A stretch of DNA of 64,000 nt from an uncultured Bacilli bacterium (GTDB lineage: Bacteria > Bacillota_I > Bacilli_A > RF39 > UBA660). The notes beneath the pieces were generated by a model. It saw only the letters and a program-made list of their open reading frames with translations. It had not been told where the DNA came from and made no database searches. The stretch covers positions 20,824 to 84,823 of the forward strand of contig CANRCX010000002.1 of assembly GCA_947629235.1 (NCBI GenBank), given 5' to 3'. The position numbers were made by a program, and so were the translations under genes. Below are positions 16,916 through 26,909 of this stretch, piece by piece. How positions within the stretch are numbered: the stretch's first letter is position 1; each line of letters opens with the position of its first letter.

Positions 16916-18256
16916 TTAGTTAGTTTTAAATCCAATATAATTATTATTTTTAATATCAAAACATTCTTTTATAAACGTATTACTAACACTTATTTTATCT
17001 TTTTTAGCTCTTAATTTTTTTATTTCATTATTAATTTTAGTTGCTTTTTTAAAATTTTTATTTCTTATTGAATTTTCTTTTTCATTTAATAATTCTTTTA
17101 TTTTTAAATCTTTAATATAATTATTTTTATTATCATTTAATAATTTTGCTTTAGTACATATTTTATCTAATATATCTAAGCTTTTATCTGGTTCATATTT
17201 GTTTTTTAGATATTTATGTGATAAATTAACTATTAATTTTATTTGATCATTATTTATTGATACATGATGAAAATCTTCATAATATTTTTTTGTATTTTTT
17301 AATATATCAATTGTATCATTAATAGATGGTTCATTTATTTCAATTTTATAGAATCTTCTATTTAATGCTTTATCAACTAATATAGTTTTATTATATTCTT
17401 CTAAAGTAGTAGCTCCAATGCATTTAATTTTATTTCTAGCTAAATATGGTTTCATTATATTAGAAGCATCTATTGCTCCTTCAGCACCACCAGCACCTAC
17501 TAATGTATGAATTTCATCAATAAATAAAATTAAATTTGGATTTGATTCAAATTCTTTAATTAATACTTGCATTTTTTCTTCAAATTCACCCCTGTATCTA
17601 GTTCCACTAATTAATTCAGCAAGATTAACAGAAATTATTTTTTTATTTAATAATTCTTCTGGTACTTTCTTTTCATTAATTCTATATGCAAGTTCTTCTA
17701 CTAAAGCAGTTTTACCAACTCCAGCAGGACCTATTAATATTGGATTATTTTTATTCTTTCTACATAAAATTTCAATTATTTCATTTAATTCTTTTTCACG
17801 AGCTATTACATTTTCATGATATAATTTATTTTCTTCATTTAAATTAATTCCATAAGTAATTTTATTATCATTAATTAAATCTTTATATAATTTTCTTATA
17901 TCAATATTAAGATTATTTAGTATTGTAAAAGCTATTCCTTCACCATTCTCAATTAATCTTAAAAATACTTTCTTAGAGTTAATTATATTATCTTCACAAG
18001 ACATTAATAATATTCTTTTAAATAATGGTGTATATAATAGAATATCTGTATTAGATTTAACTTTAATATTTTTTACTTCATTAAAAAAGATATCATAAGT
18101 AAGATTATATTTATTGCATATCTTTTTAATTTCATTACTATTTTTTAATATAGATAAAATAAAATGTTCTGTACCAATATATTTATAATTTAAATTATTA
18201 GCTTCAATTTCACTACCTTTTAATATTTTAATTAATTCATAATCATAATTTATCAT
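16916..18256 (-). CDS. ClpC-like AAA+ ATPase with Clp N-domain, D1 ring and UVR-like motif only (no D2)
   Basis: Clp_N IGTEHFILSILKN, Walker A GPAGVGKTALVEELA, Walker B ILFIDEIHTLVGAGG, and the UVR-like NFKKATKINNEIKKLRA are present. The protein ends at 446 aa, before any second AAA module. Confidence 0.72.
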   Translation of the reverse strand: MINYDYELIKILKGSEIEANNLNYKYIGTEHFILSILKNSNEIKKICNKYNLTYDIFFNEVKNIKVKSNTDILLYTPLFKRILLMSCEDNIINSKKVFLRLIENGEGIAFTILNNLNIDIRKLYKDLINDNKITYGINLNEENKLYHENVIAREKELNEIIEILCRKNKNNPILIGPAGVGKTALVEELAYRINEKKVPEELLNKKIISVNLAELISGTRYRGEFEEKMQVLIKEFESNPNLILFIDEIHTLVGAGGAEGAIDASNIMKPYLARNKIKCIGATTLEEYNKTILVDKALNRRFYKIEINEPSINDTIDILKNTKKYYEDFHHVSINNDQIKLIVNLSHKYLKNKYEPDKSLDILDKICTKAKLLNDNKNNYIKDLKIKELLNEKENSIRNKNFKKATKINNEIKKLRAKKDKISVSNTFIKECFDIKNNNYIGFKTN

Positions 18257-18332
18257 AGTAATATTATGAGATAAAACTTGTAAAAAATTACAAAAAAAAG
18301 AATGTTTTTAAAACATTCTTAATTTATATATT

Positions 18333-19787
18333 TTATATATAAAGTGCAACTAAAGAAATAACTAATACTAGTGCTAATAATATAAGAACAAATTTCCAAG
18401 TTTTCTTAAGCCATTCTTTATAAGAAATTCCAAGATAACTTAATCCTAGTACTAATAATGCACTTGTTGGAGCAACAAACATTGTAACTCCATATATACC
18501 TTGTGATAATAATGATACAACTGCAGTATTATTTATTGTAGACATAACTGCTGGAAGTACATAATTAATGAAGTAAATAATATCTACATTAAATAATGAG
18601 CCTAAAGCAATTGATATAGTACTAGTGAAAATAGTTGCTATTTTAAATTTACTTAATAAACTTAAAATACTAGTTTCAATAGTAGTAAAGAACATTGTAT
18701 TACCACAGAAATAAACTACTGTATAAGCAAGTACAACTAGTAATGCTGGAACCATTAATTGTTTAGCTCCTTCATACATTGCTTCAAATGTACCACTTAA
18801 TTTTAACCTGTAACCAAGACCTAATATTATAGCAGCTATTATTGCTAGAACTGCCATTTCACCATAGCTCCAAGTTCCAAGTGCAGCAATACTTTTACCT
18901 AATATTGATGAGAATATAGCTGTTTCTTCCATACCATATTCAAATCCATTAGTAGTAATGTGAATAAATGGTAATTTTGGTGCAAATTCAGTAATTTTAT
19001 CATGAATATTATTGAAAAATTCAATACCAAATGTACCTTCCCAATTAGTGCATCCTAAAATTAAAAATAAACATAATACACCAAGTACTATAAATATAGG
19101 GAAAATATGATGTTTAGTTTTAACCTTTTCACCTAAAAATAAGTCAGCATCTTCAGAATTGATTTTTTTATTTCTTGTAGCTTTATATAAGAAAAATACT
19201 AAAACTACAAATGATAGTGCGAATAATACAAGTTTAAATATAATAGCATTATTAAGTTCTACACCTAACATTGAATTAATTTGTCCAGTTGTACCATATC
19301 CTATTGTACTACCAATTGTACCAACTAGCATTGCTCCAAATGTAGCTAAACAAGCAGTTATTTTATCATATCCCATTGCTAATATAATAGCTATAATGAA
19401 TGGAATAAAGATAAATAAACTAAATCCAAAATCAAATACAGAAGTTAATACAGCAATTAAGAATGCAACTATAATTAATACTGCTAACTCTCTACCTTTA
19501 AATATTTCTGCTATTCTTTCTACAAAGCTTCTATATGCACCTGATTTTTTAAGAACTCCATAAAGAGCACCTACAGATAAAATTAAAATTGCTATTTGCA
19601 TAAAGTAAGCAAATGAGAATGAACCAAATAATAGTTGGAAAAAATCAAAAAATCCAATTTTATATTCAAATCCCATTTCAGCAATATCAGCATCTACAGA
19701 TAAATAGCTTGCAGAAAAAATCCATGTTAATACCATTATTACTAATAGCATCCAAGTGATTATTTTGAATAATCCTGTTTTTTTCAT
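18333..19787 (-). CDS. Polytopic membrane transporter (YfcC/DcuC-like superfamily, tentative)
   Basis: About 12 hydrophobic segments over 484 aa, with overall resemblance to YfcC-type carriers. No diagnostic motif was checked. Confidence 0.45.
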   Translation of the reverse strand: MKKTGLFKIITWMLLVIMVLTWIFSASYLSVDADIAEMGFEYKIGFFDFFQLLFGSFSFAYFMQIAILILSVGALYGVLKKSGAYRSFVERIAEIFKGRELAVLIIVAFLIAVLTSVFDFGFSLFIFIPFIIAIILAMGYDKITACLATFGAMLVGTIGSTIGYGTTGQINSMLGVELNNAIIFKLVLFALSFVVLVFFLYKATRNKKINSEDADLFLGEKVKTKHHIFPIFIVLGVLCLFLILGCTNWEGTFGIEFFNNIHDKITEFAPKLPFIHITTNGFEYGMEETAIFSSILGKSIAALGTWSYGEMAVLAIIAAIILGLGYRLKLSGTFEAMYEGAKQLMVPALLVVLAYTVVYFCGNTMFFTTIETSILSLLSKFKIATIFTSTISIALGSLFNVDIIYFINYVLPAVMSTINNTAVVSLLSQGIYGVTMFVAPTSALLVLGLSYLGISYKEWLKKTWKFVLILLALVLVISLVALYI

Positions 19788-19872
19788 CTTCTAAATTTCC
19801 TCCTTAAAAATATTATATAATAAAAAATACTAACATTACAAGAATTTGCTAGTATTTTTCATAGAAATTTCA

Positions 19873-20853
19873 TTAAATATATTTAATATGTTCATATATT
19901 TTATTAATACATTTCATAAATTCATTTTCAGTTTTGCATGTAGCAAGTTCAACTTTAAGTTCCTTACTTTTTGGAATATATTTTAAATAAGCAAGAGCAT
20001 GAGTTTTTATATCAAGTATGGCTTTTCTCTCGCCACAATTTTCTTTTAGTATATTATAATGTCGTACAATCATATCAACTCTTTCTTTATAACTTGGTTC
20101 ATCTATTATATTATTATTTTCAACATATTCAACGCATTCTTTTATAAACCAAGGATTACCAATACATGCTCTTCCAATCATAACTGCATCACAATTAGTT
20201 TCATCTAACATTCTTTTAGCATCATAAATAGTTTTAATATCACCATTTCCAATAACAGGAATATTTACAGCTTCTTTTACTTCTTTAATCAAATTCCAAT
20301 CAGCATTTCCAGTATAACCTTGTTCTCTAGTTCTTGGATGTATAGCAATAGCACTAGCCCCAGCTTGTTCTATAACTTTAGCAACTTCTACACAATTAAT
20401 TGAATTTTTATCCCACCCAGCTCTTATTTTAACAGTAACAGGAATATTTACATTATTAACAACAGCAGAAACAATTTCATATATTTTATCAGGATTTTTA
20501 AGTAAACTAGATCCTGCTTGTGATTTTAAAGCAATTTTTGGTACAGGACATCCCATATTAATATCTAAAATATCAGGTTTAATGTTTTCACATACATATT
20601 TAGCAGCACTAACAAAAGTATCTTTATCACTTCCAAATATTTGTATACTAATAGGTCTTTCTTTATCATTTATTTTAAGTAAATCTAAAGTGTTTTTACT
20701 ATTATAAATAATACCCATATTACTTACCATTTCACTATATATAAGACCTGAACCCATTTCTTTAATTATTGTTCTAAAACTTTCATTAGAAATGCCAGCC
20801 ATTGGAGCAAATACTATTCTATTTTTAATTTCTACATTACCAATCTTCCACAT
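19873..20853 (-). CDS. dusB: tRNA-dihydrouridine synthase
   Basis: FAPMAGISNESFR, DINMGCPVPK (catalytic Cys) and AIHPRTREQ fit a Dus enzyme. Confidence 0.9.
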   Translation of the reverse strand: MWKIGNVEIKNRIVFAPMAGISNESFRTIIKEMGSGLIYSEMVSNMGIIYNSKNTLDLLKINDKERPISIQIFGSDKDTFVSAAKYVCENIKPDILDINMGCPVPKIALKSQAGSSLLKNPDKIYEIVSAVVNNVNIPVTVKIRAGWDKNSINCVEVAKVIEQAGASAIAIHPRTREQGYTGNADWNLIKEVKEAVNIPVIGNGDIKTIYDAKRMLDETNCDAVMIGRACIGNPWFIKECVEYVENNNIIDEPSYKERVDMIVRHYNILKENCGERKAILDIKTHALAYLKYIPKSKELKVELATCKTENEFMKCINKIYEHIKYI

Positions 20854-20937
20854 ATTCTTTTCCTCATAGATAATTTATCATTTAAAGAAAATAATTGCAA
20901 TAAAAAAGTTTTCATTTAAGAAAACTTATTAATTCTA

Positions 20938-22029
20938 TTATTCACTAGTATCTGTAGATGAACTTGGTTCTGGAGATTTTGCATTAGAAGTAATTTTACA
21001 ATTAATATCTTGTGTTACAGATAAGAATTTATAACTTACTGTACCATCAGCATTATTTGTTGTTTCAGGAACTACTTGTGGTGTACAACTTATACCAGAA
21101 ACAACATATCCATCACTAGCTTTTAAAGTAAATGTAACAGTTCCACCAGAAGTTATTGTAAACTCTTTAGCAGTTAATACTGATACTTCTTCAGGTATAT
21201 CAGTTAATGCAACTTTATATTCCTTAGGTGTAACTTTAGAAAAGCTAACTGTACAAGTTGTATTATCTGTTAATTTATCAATTATTAATTTATTATTTTC
21301 TACTTTTCCTTCTTGATTATTAGTACAAGTAACTGTTGGTTTTTCATATCCTTCATGTGGTTCAACTATTGCTGAAATATTACCACCATAACTAGTATTT
21401 TCAGTTGTAGTTCCTTCACCATTTTTAACATTTATATCAACTCTTAATTCTTTAATAGAAAATGAAATTGTACATGCCATATTTTCAGTAACACCATTTA
21501 TACTTAATGTATTTGTTGATTCATCCCAAGTAGCAGTTTTGTTATTTGAACAAGTAACTTCATTATCAGTGTATTCATATCCTTCATCAGGAGTTATTTT
21601 GAATTCTATATCTGAACCTCTTGCTACAACACTTGGATTAGTTGTTGTTACAACACCGCCTCTTGCATCAACTGTAACAGAATATTGTGAATTAACAAAA
21701 TATAAACTACAAACACTTTCACTTTCACTTCCAGGATTAAATTTCCAATTAGTATCATCAAATTCGCCACTTACATTATTTGTACAACTAAATCTTGAAA
21801 ATAAATATTTATTTTTACCTGTAGGATTACCTTCTTCATCTAGTAATTCTTCTTTTACAGGCATACTATCTACTTTAACATCATCTAAATAATATTCATA
21901 AGCTATTGCATTTTTATTATTAGATATATTAGCAACGTTATTTTTACTATGAACATAACCTACAGTAGCAGCTGCACTACTTGCTATAAATAATATCGAA
22001 GTAACTACTATCCCAATTTTATTCTTCAT
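20938..22029 (-). CDS. Membrane-anchored surface protein with about four tandem Ig-like repeats (InlB B-repeat / Listeria-Bacteroides-repeat-like)
   Basis: An N-terminal TM is followed by repeats of about 75 aa, each with the pattern ..P.EGYE....V.C.NN......N.L.I..(V/L)T.N..CT(I/V)SF. Confidence 0.55.
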   Translation of the reverse strand: MKNKIGIVVTSILFIASSAAATVGYVHSKNNVANISNNKNAIAYEYYLDDVKVDSMPVKEELLDEEGNPTGKNKYLFSRFSCTNNVSGEFDDTNWKFNPGSESESVCSLYFVNSQYSVTVDARGGVVTTTNPSVVARGSDIEFKITPDEGYEYTDNEVTCSNNKTATWDESTNTLSINGVTENMACTISFSIKELRVDINVKNGEGTTTENTSYGGNISAIVEPHEGYEKPTVTCTNNQEGKVENNKLIIDKLTDNTTCTVSFSKVTPKEYKVALTDIPEEVSVLTAKEFTITSGGTVTFTLKASDGYVVSGISCTPQVVPETTNNADGTVSYKFLSVTQDINCKITSNAKSPEPSSSTDTSE

Positions 22030-22186
22030 ATAATAACCTCCATATACTTGCTATTATATATCAATTTTATAATTAATCTTTTATATTGTCAAGCTTTCAA
22101 AAGGCATGGTTTTTGTCGAAAAATGTACTTAAAAATAAAAAATCAATAAAATTAGTAAAAAATATCGTAAAAATAGTAAAAAATGT

Positions 22187-22215
22187 TTGACATTAAAATA
22201 TACTTTTTATATAAT
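22187..22215 (+). promoter_or_regulatory. rplM-rpsI promoter (TTGACA, 17-nt spacer, TATAAT) with phased A-tract UP-like element
   Basis: TTGACA is at 22187-22192 and TATAAT at 22210-22215. Upstream lie GTAAAAAAT, GTAAAAAT and GTAAAAAAT, spaced about 10-11 nt apart. Confidence 0.65.
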
Positions 22216-22221
22216 ATTCAC

Positions 22222-22311
22222 GGTACATTTTAATGGAGATGCAATTTCTGTGGGATAGAAATGTCATAGTTGCAAATATGACCGCATTGATATTAAAGAA
22301 GGGAAAATATT
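22222..22311 (+). promoter_or_regulatory. Probable L13 (rplM) autoregulatory leader
   Basis: An approximately 90-nt 5' UTR richer in G+C than its surroundings contains the hairpin ATTTCT-gtgggat-AGAAAT and flanking TGCAA/TTGCA pairing. An L13 leader is known upstream of rplM in Firmicutes. Confidence 0.45.
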
Positions 22312-22743
22312 ATGAAAACATTTATGTTAAAAAAAGAAGACATTGAACATAAGTGGTATGTTATTGATGCAGAGGGTAAGAATTTAGGTAAAGTTGCTGC
22401 AGCAGCTGCTCATGTATTAAGAGGAAAAAATAAACCAACTTATACACCACATTTAGCTTGTGGAGATAATGTAATTATTATTAATGCTGAAAAAGTTAAT
22501 TTAACTGGAGACAAATTAGATAAAAAGATTTATTATAATCATAGTGGATATCCAGGTGGATTAAGAGAAAGAACAGCTAGAGTAATGAAAGAAAAATATC
22601 CAGTAGAAATGGTAGAAAGAGCTGTTAAAGGAATGCTTCCTAAAAATAGACTTGGAAGAGAAATGTTTAGACAATTATTTGTTTATGCAGGTAGTGAACA
22701 TAAACATGAAGCTCAAAAACCAGAAAGATTAGAGGTAAAGTAA
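22312..22743 (+). CDS. rplM: 50S ribosomal protein L13
   Basis: [34 protein letters not shown] fits L13. Confidence 0.94.
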   Translation: MKTFMLKKEDIEHKWYVIDAEGKNLGKVAAAAAHVLRGKNKPTYTPHLACGDNVIIINAEKVNLTGDKLDKKIYYNHSGYPGGLRERTARVMKEKYPVEMVERAVKGMLPKNRLGREMFRQLFVYAGSEHKHEAQKPERLEVK

Positions 22744-22744
22744 T

Positions 22745-23140
22745 ATGGCTGAAAAAAATAAATATACTGCTATAGGTAGAAGAAAAAGAAGTGTAGCAAA
22801 AGTTACACTAACTCCTGGAAAAGGAAAAATTACTGTAAATGGTAAGGATGTTAATGAATATATGCCTTATAATACTTTAGTAATGGATTTAGTACAACCT
22901 TTAGAATTAACAGAATCAAAAGATAAATATGATATTGATGTAGTTGTTAAAGGTGGAGGTTTTTCAGGACAAACAGGAGCTATTAGATTAGGTATTACAA
23001 GAGCATTACTTCTTGCTAATGCTGAAAATAGACCAGTTTTAAAAGCTAATGGAATGGTTACTCGTGATGCTAGAATCAAAGAAAGAAAGAAATACGGACT
23101 TAAGAAAGCACGTAGAGCACCACAATTTAGTAAGCGTTAA
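22745..23140 (+). CDS. rpsI: 30S ribosomal protein S9
   Basis: [10 protein letters not shown].. and the C-terminal [12 protein letters not shown] fit S9. Confidence 0.94.
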   Translation: MAEKNKYTAIGRRKRSVAKVTLTPGKGKITVNGKDVNEYMPYNTLVMDLVQPLELTESKDKYDIDVVVKGGGFSGQTGAIRLGITRALLLANAENRPVLKANGMVTRDARIKERKKYGLKKARRAPQFSKR

Positions 23141-23155
23141 TATATTCAATGTTAT

Positions 23156-23185
23156 AAAAGCTCATTTATTGAGCTTTTTTCTTTT
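23156..23185 (+). terminator. Terminator after rpsI
   Basis: AAAGCTCA-ttta-TTGAGCTTT is followed by a T run. Confidence 0.7.
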
Positions 23186-23264
23186 AGTAAAATGTTAACT
23201 TTATAAAAAAATATTTAAAAAAATAATTAATAATGTTATAATCTTATCATAGGGAGAGTGTGAT

Positions 23265-24197
23265 ATGGCAGCAAAAGTATTTAGAACTATAGAAGAACAA
23301 TTAGATATATTAAAAAGTAAAGGACTTACTATAAATGATTATGATAGTGCTAAAGAAATTTTATTAAGAGAAAATTATTTCTTTTTAAATGGATATAGAT
23401 CTCCTTTTTTAGTAAATGGATCTAAAAGATTTATAGAAGGAAGTACATTTGAAGAATTATATGCTTTATTTACTTTTGATAGATACTTTAGAAATATTAT
23501 ATTTAAAAACTTACTTATAGTAGAAAATAACTATAAATCAATATTTAGTTATGTACTTAGTAAAAAATATGGATATAAAGAAAAAGATTATTTAAATGCT
23601 GATAATTTTGATAGAAGTAAAGAAAAAAATAAGCAAATAAATGATTTAATAAGAAAAGTAAAAAGACAAATTAGAATTAATGGATATCAACATACAGCAA
23701 CATCTCACTATATTAATAATTATGGATATATTCCATTATGGGTAGGAGTTAAAGTCTTGAGTTTTGGTCTTATTGGAGAACTTTTCTCTATATTAAAACC
23801 AGATGATAGAGAAGAAATAGCTAGTTATTATAAAAATATAGATGCTGCTTCTCTTGGAGATTATTTATCAATACTTTCAAATTATAGAAATCTTTGTGCT
23901 CATGAAGATATACTTTATAATCATGAAACACAAAAAGCTATTAATGATACAAGATTTCATCTTGAACTTGATATACCTAAAGTAGAAGATGAATATATTT
24001 ATGGTAAGCATGATATTTTCGCATTAATTATTATATTAAAAGATATGCTTACATTTACTGATTTTAAAATGATGATGAATGAAATAGATTATGAAATAGA
24101 TTGGTTATCATCAAAATTAAAAAGTATAGATGTACAAAAAGTATTATATAGAATGGGATTCCCAGATAATTATAAACAAATATCTTATATAGAATAG
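23265..24197 (+). CDS. Abi-like abortive-infection protein (Abi_2 / AbiD-AbiF family)
   Basis: The N-terminus FRTIEEQLDILKSKGLTI..A...L...NYF.LNGY and the conserved SNYRNLCAHEDILYN motif (RN.cAH) fit this family. Confidence 0.7.
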   Translation: MAAKVFRTIEEQLDILKSKGLTINDYDSAKEILLRENYFFLNGYRSPFLVNGSKRFIEGSTFEELYALFTFDRYFRNIIFKNLLIVENNYKSIFSYVLSKKYGYKEKDYLNADNFDRSKEKNKQINDLIRKVKRQIRINGYQHTATSHYINNYGYIPLWVGVKVLSFGLIGELFSILKPDDREEIASYYKNIDAASLGDYLSILSNYRNLCAHEDILYNHETQKAINDTRFHLELDIPKVEDEYIYGKHDIFALIIILKDMLTFTDFKMMMNEIDYEIDWLSSKLKSIDVQKVLYRMGFPDNYKQISYIE

Positions 24198-24204
24198 GAG
24201 GACT

Positions 24205-25293
24205 ATGAAAAAAACATTATCATATATTTTAAGTGGTGTAATATCTGCAATACTAGGTGCAGGAATAATGTATGTATTAATTTTATACGTTCCTTTTGGT
24301 AAAGAAGAATCACAAGAAGTTACAAATAAAGTAATAAGAGATGTTACAGTTACTGATAGTGGTATATCAGAAGGTATAGAAAATGTATATGATTCAGTAG
24401 TAGTAGTTGAAAATTTTCAAAAATCGCAACTAGCAGGAATAGGTTCTGGATTTATTTATAGTGATGAAGGATATATAATGACTAATCATCATGTTGTAGA
24501 AGATGCTAGTGAATTAAAAGTTATATTAATGAATGGTGAAACTTTAGAAGCAACATTAGTTGGAAGTGATGAATATGCAGATATAGCTGTAATTCAAATA
24601 GACAAAAAATATGCAACAAGTGTTGCTAAAATAGGTAGTAGTGAAAAAACAAAACTTGGAGATACTGTATTTACTATTGGTTCTCCTATGAGTGCAGATT
24701 ATTATGGAACAGTTACTAGGGGAATACTTAGTGGTAAAAATAGAATGGTAGAAGTATCAGTAAGTTCATCTTCTAATGATTGGATAATGAATGTTATGCA
24801 AACAGATGCAGCAATTAATCCAGGAAATAGTGGTGGACCACTTTGTAATGTTAATGGTGAAGTAATTGGTATAAATTCAATGAAAATAGTACAATCTGAA
24901 ATAGAAGGAATAGGCTTTGCAATCCCAATTGAAGATGCTATGGAATATGCAAATAAAATAGTAAATAAAGAAGAAATAAAAAGAGCTTATTTAGGTATTA
25001 GTATGGCAGATATATCAACTCCATCATATTATTTAAAAAGAGAAGGTATTACATTAGATAAATCTGTAACTTCAGGAGTAATAGTTTTAGAAGCAACATC
25101 TAATGGACCATCAGCAAAAGCTGGTATTCAAAAAGGCGATGTTATAGTAAAAATTGGTGATGTAGAAGTTAGTAATGTAGCAGAACTTAGATATTATTTA
25201 TATAAACATGAACCAAATGAAACTGTTGATATTACAGTTATTAGGGGTACAGAATCAAAAGTATTTAAAGTAACTTTAGGAGAAAGCAATTAA
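24205..25293 (+). CDS. htrA: HtrA/DegP-family serine protease with PDZ domain
   Basis: An N-terminal TM, the catalytic triad context TNHHVV / DIAVIQ / GNSGGPL, and a C-terminal PDZ (GIQKGDVIVKIGD) are present. Confidence 0.9.
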   Translation: MKKTLSYILSGVISAILGAGIMYVLILYVPFGKEESQEVTNKVIRDVTVTDSGISEGIENVYDSVVVVENFQKSQLAGIGSGFIYSDEGYIMTNHHVVEDASELKVILMNGETLEATLVGSDEYADIAVIQIDKKYATSVAKIGSSEKTKLGDTVFTIGSPMSADYYGTVTRGILSGKNRMVEVSVSSSSNDWIMNVMQTDAAINPGNSGGPLCNVNGEVIGINSMKIVQSEIEGIGFAIPIEDAMEYANKIVNKEEIKRAYLGISMADISTPSYYLKREGITLDKSVTSGVIVLEATSNGPSAKAGIQKGDVIVKIGDVEVSNVAELRYYLYKHEPNETVDITVIRGTESKVFKVTLGESN

Positions 25294-25374
25294 TAATAAT
25301 TGCTTTTTTTAATTAAATACAAAACTAGTTTTTGCCTTAATAATGTTGTATAATTTAATTAGTAGGTGAAGTAT

Positions 25375-26475
25375 ATGAAAAAAGCATTAATGTACTCAAT
25401 ATTAATTTTTATAATTTTAATAATTATTAAATATGGATTTTCAAATTATACTATTTCTTATAAATTAAATAATTATGAAATAAAAGAAGTTTATAAAAAC
25501 AAAAGATTTTATTATGAAATAAAAGATGAAAATAATACATTATATAATTTTGATATTTATTCAAAAAGAAAATTCTTTAAAACAAAAATTAGTAAAATAG
25601 ATGTAATAGAAGATGAGAATTTTAAATGTATATATCCAACTATAAATGGTCAAAATACATATCCATTATGTTATTCTAATAATGAGTATATAGATTATAA
25701 TTTAATTGATTCCCCATTATTATTAGAATACAAGCAAGAATTAATAAATGTAGATAAAGCTAATAAAGATTTTGTTTATTATAATAACTTATCTAATAAT
25801 GAATATATTGCATTATGGAATTATAAAGGTTATATTGTAATGAATGGAAAATCTTATCAAAATGTTGAATTATTTAAAAAAGATAAATATGATAATTCAC
25901 TAGCATATTTATTAAATGATACAATTTATATGGCAAATAATGATGAAGAGCATGAATATACATCATTAATAACATTAAATTTAACTAATCTTAATAAAGA
26001 TAAAATTGATTTAGGATATACATTAGATTTTGATTCTTATATAGTAGGTAGTATTAAAAATAATTTATATATATTTGATAATAAATATTCAATTCTTTAT
26101 GAAATTAATACTAAAAATAAAAAAGTTAAAATAATAGCTAATAATGAAAAAGGCTATGTAAAATATGAAAATGGTGAATTTGTAAGTTGTAGTAAAAATG
26201 AATATAAGGTTAATAAAATTAAATATAATACAAATACTTCTAAATATAAATATACAATAAATAATGGAACTTATAAAACTATTAATGAAAATAAAAATTT
26301 ATTACAAAAAATTAATAATAATGATATAAATATAATAAAAGAAAAAGATAATAAAATATATTATAATTTTGAAGATAATTTTTATACTTATGAACCATCC
26401 AATAATAATTTAATATTTTATAATTATGAACTTACTTTTAATAACAATAATACAATGTTTGTTTATATTAAATAA
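25375..26475 (+). CDS. Hypothetical membrane-anchored protein
   Basis: An N-terminal TM is followed by an Asn/Tyr-rich, beta-propeller-like repetitive body. AGGTGA lies 5 nt before ATG 25375. Confidence 0.45.
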   Translation: MKKALMYSILIFIILIIIKYGFSNYTISYKLNNYEIKEVYKNKRFYYEIKDENNTLYNFDIYSKRKFFKTKISKIDVIEDENFKCIYPTINGQNTYPLCYSNNEYIDYNLIDSPLLLEYKQELINVDKANKDFVYYNNLSNNEYIALWNYKGYIVMNGKSYQNVELFKKDKYDNSLAYLLNDTIYMANNDEEHEYTSLITLNLTNLNKDKIDLGYTLDFDSYIVGSIKNNLYIFDNKYSILYEINTKNKKVKIIANNEKGYVKYENGEFVSCSKNEYKVNKIKYNTNTSKYKYTINNGTYKTINENKNLLQKINNNDINIIKEKDNKIYYNFEDNFYTYEPSNNNLIFYNYELTFNNNNTMFVYIK

Positions 26476-26516
26476 CCTAATTTAACATTTAACATATAAT
26501 ACTTTAGGTGATTTAA

Positions 26517-26849
26517 ATGTTTGAAAAAGATATTAAAAAAGAATTAGAAAGTCCTTTTTATACAACATATGAAATAAAAAAAGGAGATACTTTATATAAA
26601 ATATCTAAATATTATGATGTTAATACAAAGTTACTTGCAGAACTTAATGGCCTTAATTTAGATGATTATATTTATCCAGGACAAACTTTATTAGTACCTA
26701 AAAAAGATGTAAGTTACTATATTACTAAAGAAGGGGACACATTATATAATGTTAGTAATATATTTGATGTAAAAGAAAATGACATAGTTGAGCAAAATAA
26801 AACAATATATTTAATGCCAGGACAAATGATTTACTATAAAAGAGATTAG
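26517..26849 (+). CDS. Protein with two LysM domains
   Basis: The motif is repeated: Y.IKKGDTLYKISKYYDV....L...N and YITKEGDTLYNVSNIFDV. Confidence 0.8.
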   Translation: MFEKDIKKELESPFYTTYEIKKGDTLYKISKYYDVNTKLLAELNGLNLDDYIYPGQTLLVPKKDVSYYITKEGDTLYNVSNIFDVKENDIVEQNKTIYLMPGQMIYYKRD

Positions 26850-26909
26850 TTATACTAGTCTTTTTTTTAAACTCGTGTTATAATTCTTATAGTAGGGAGT
26901 TGATTAAGT

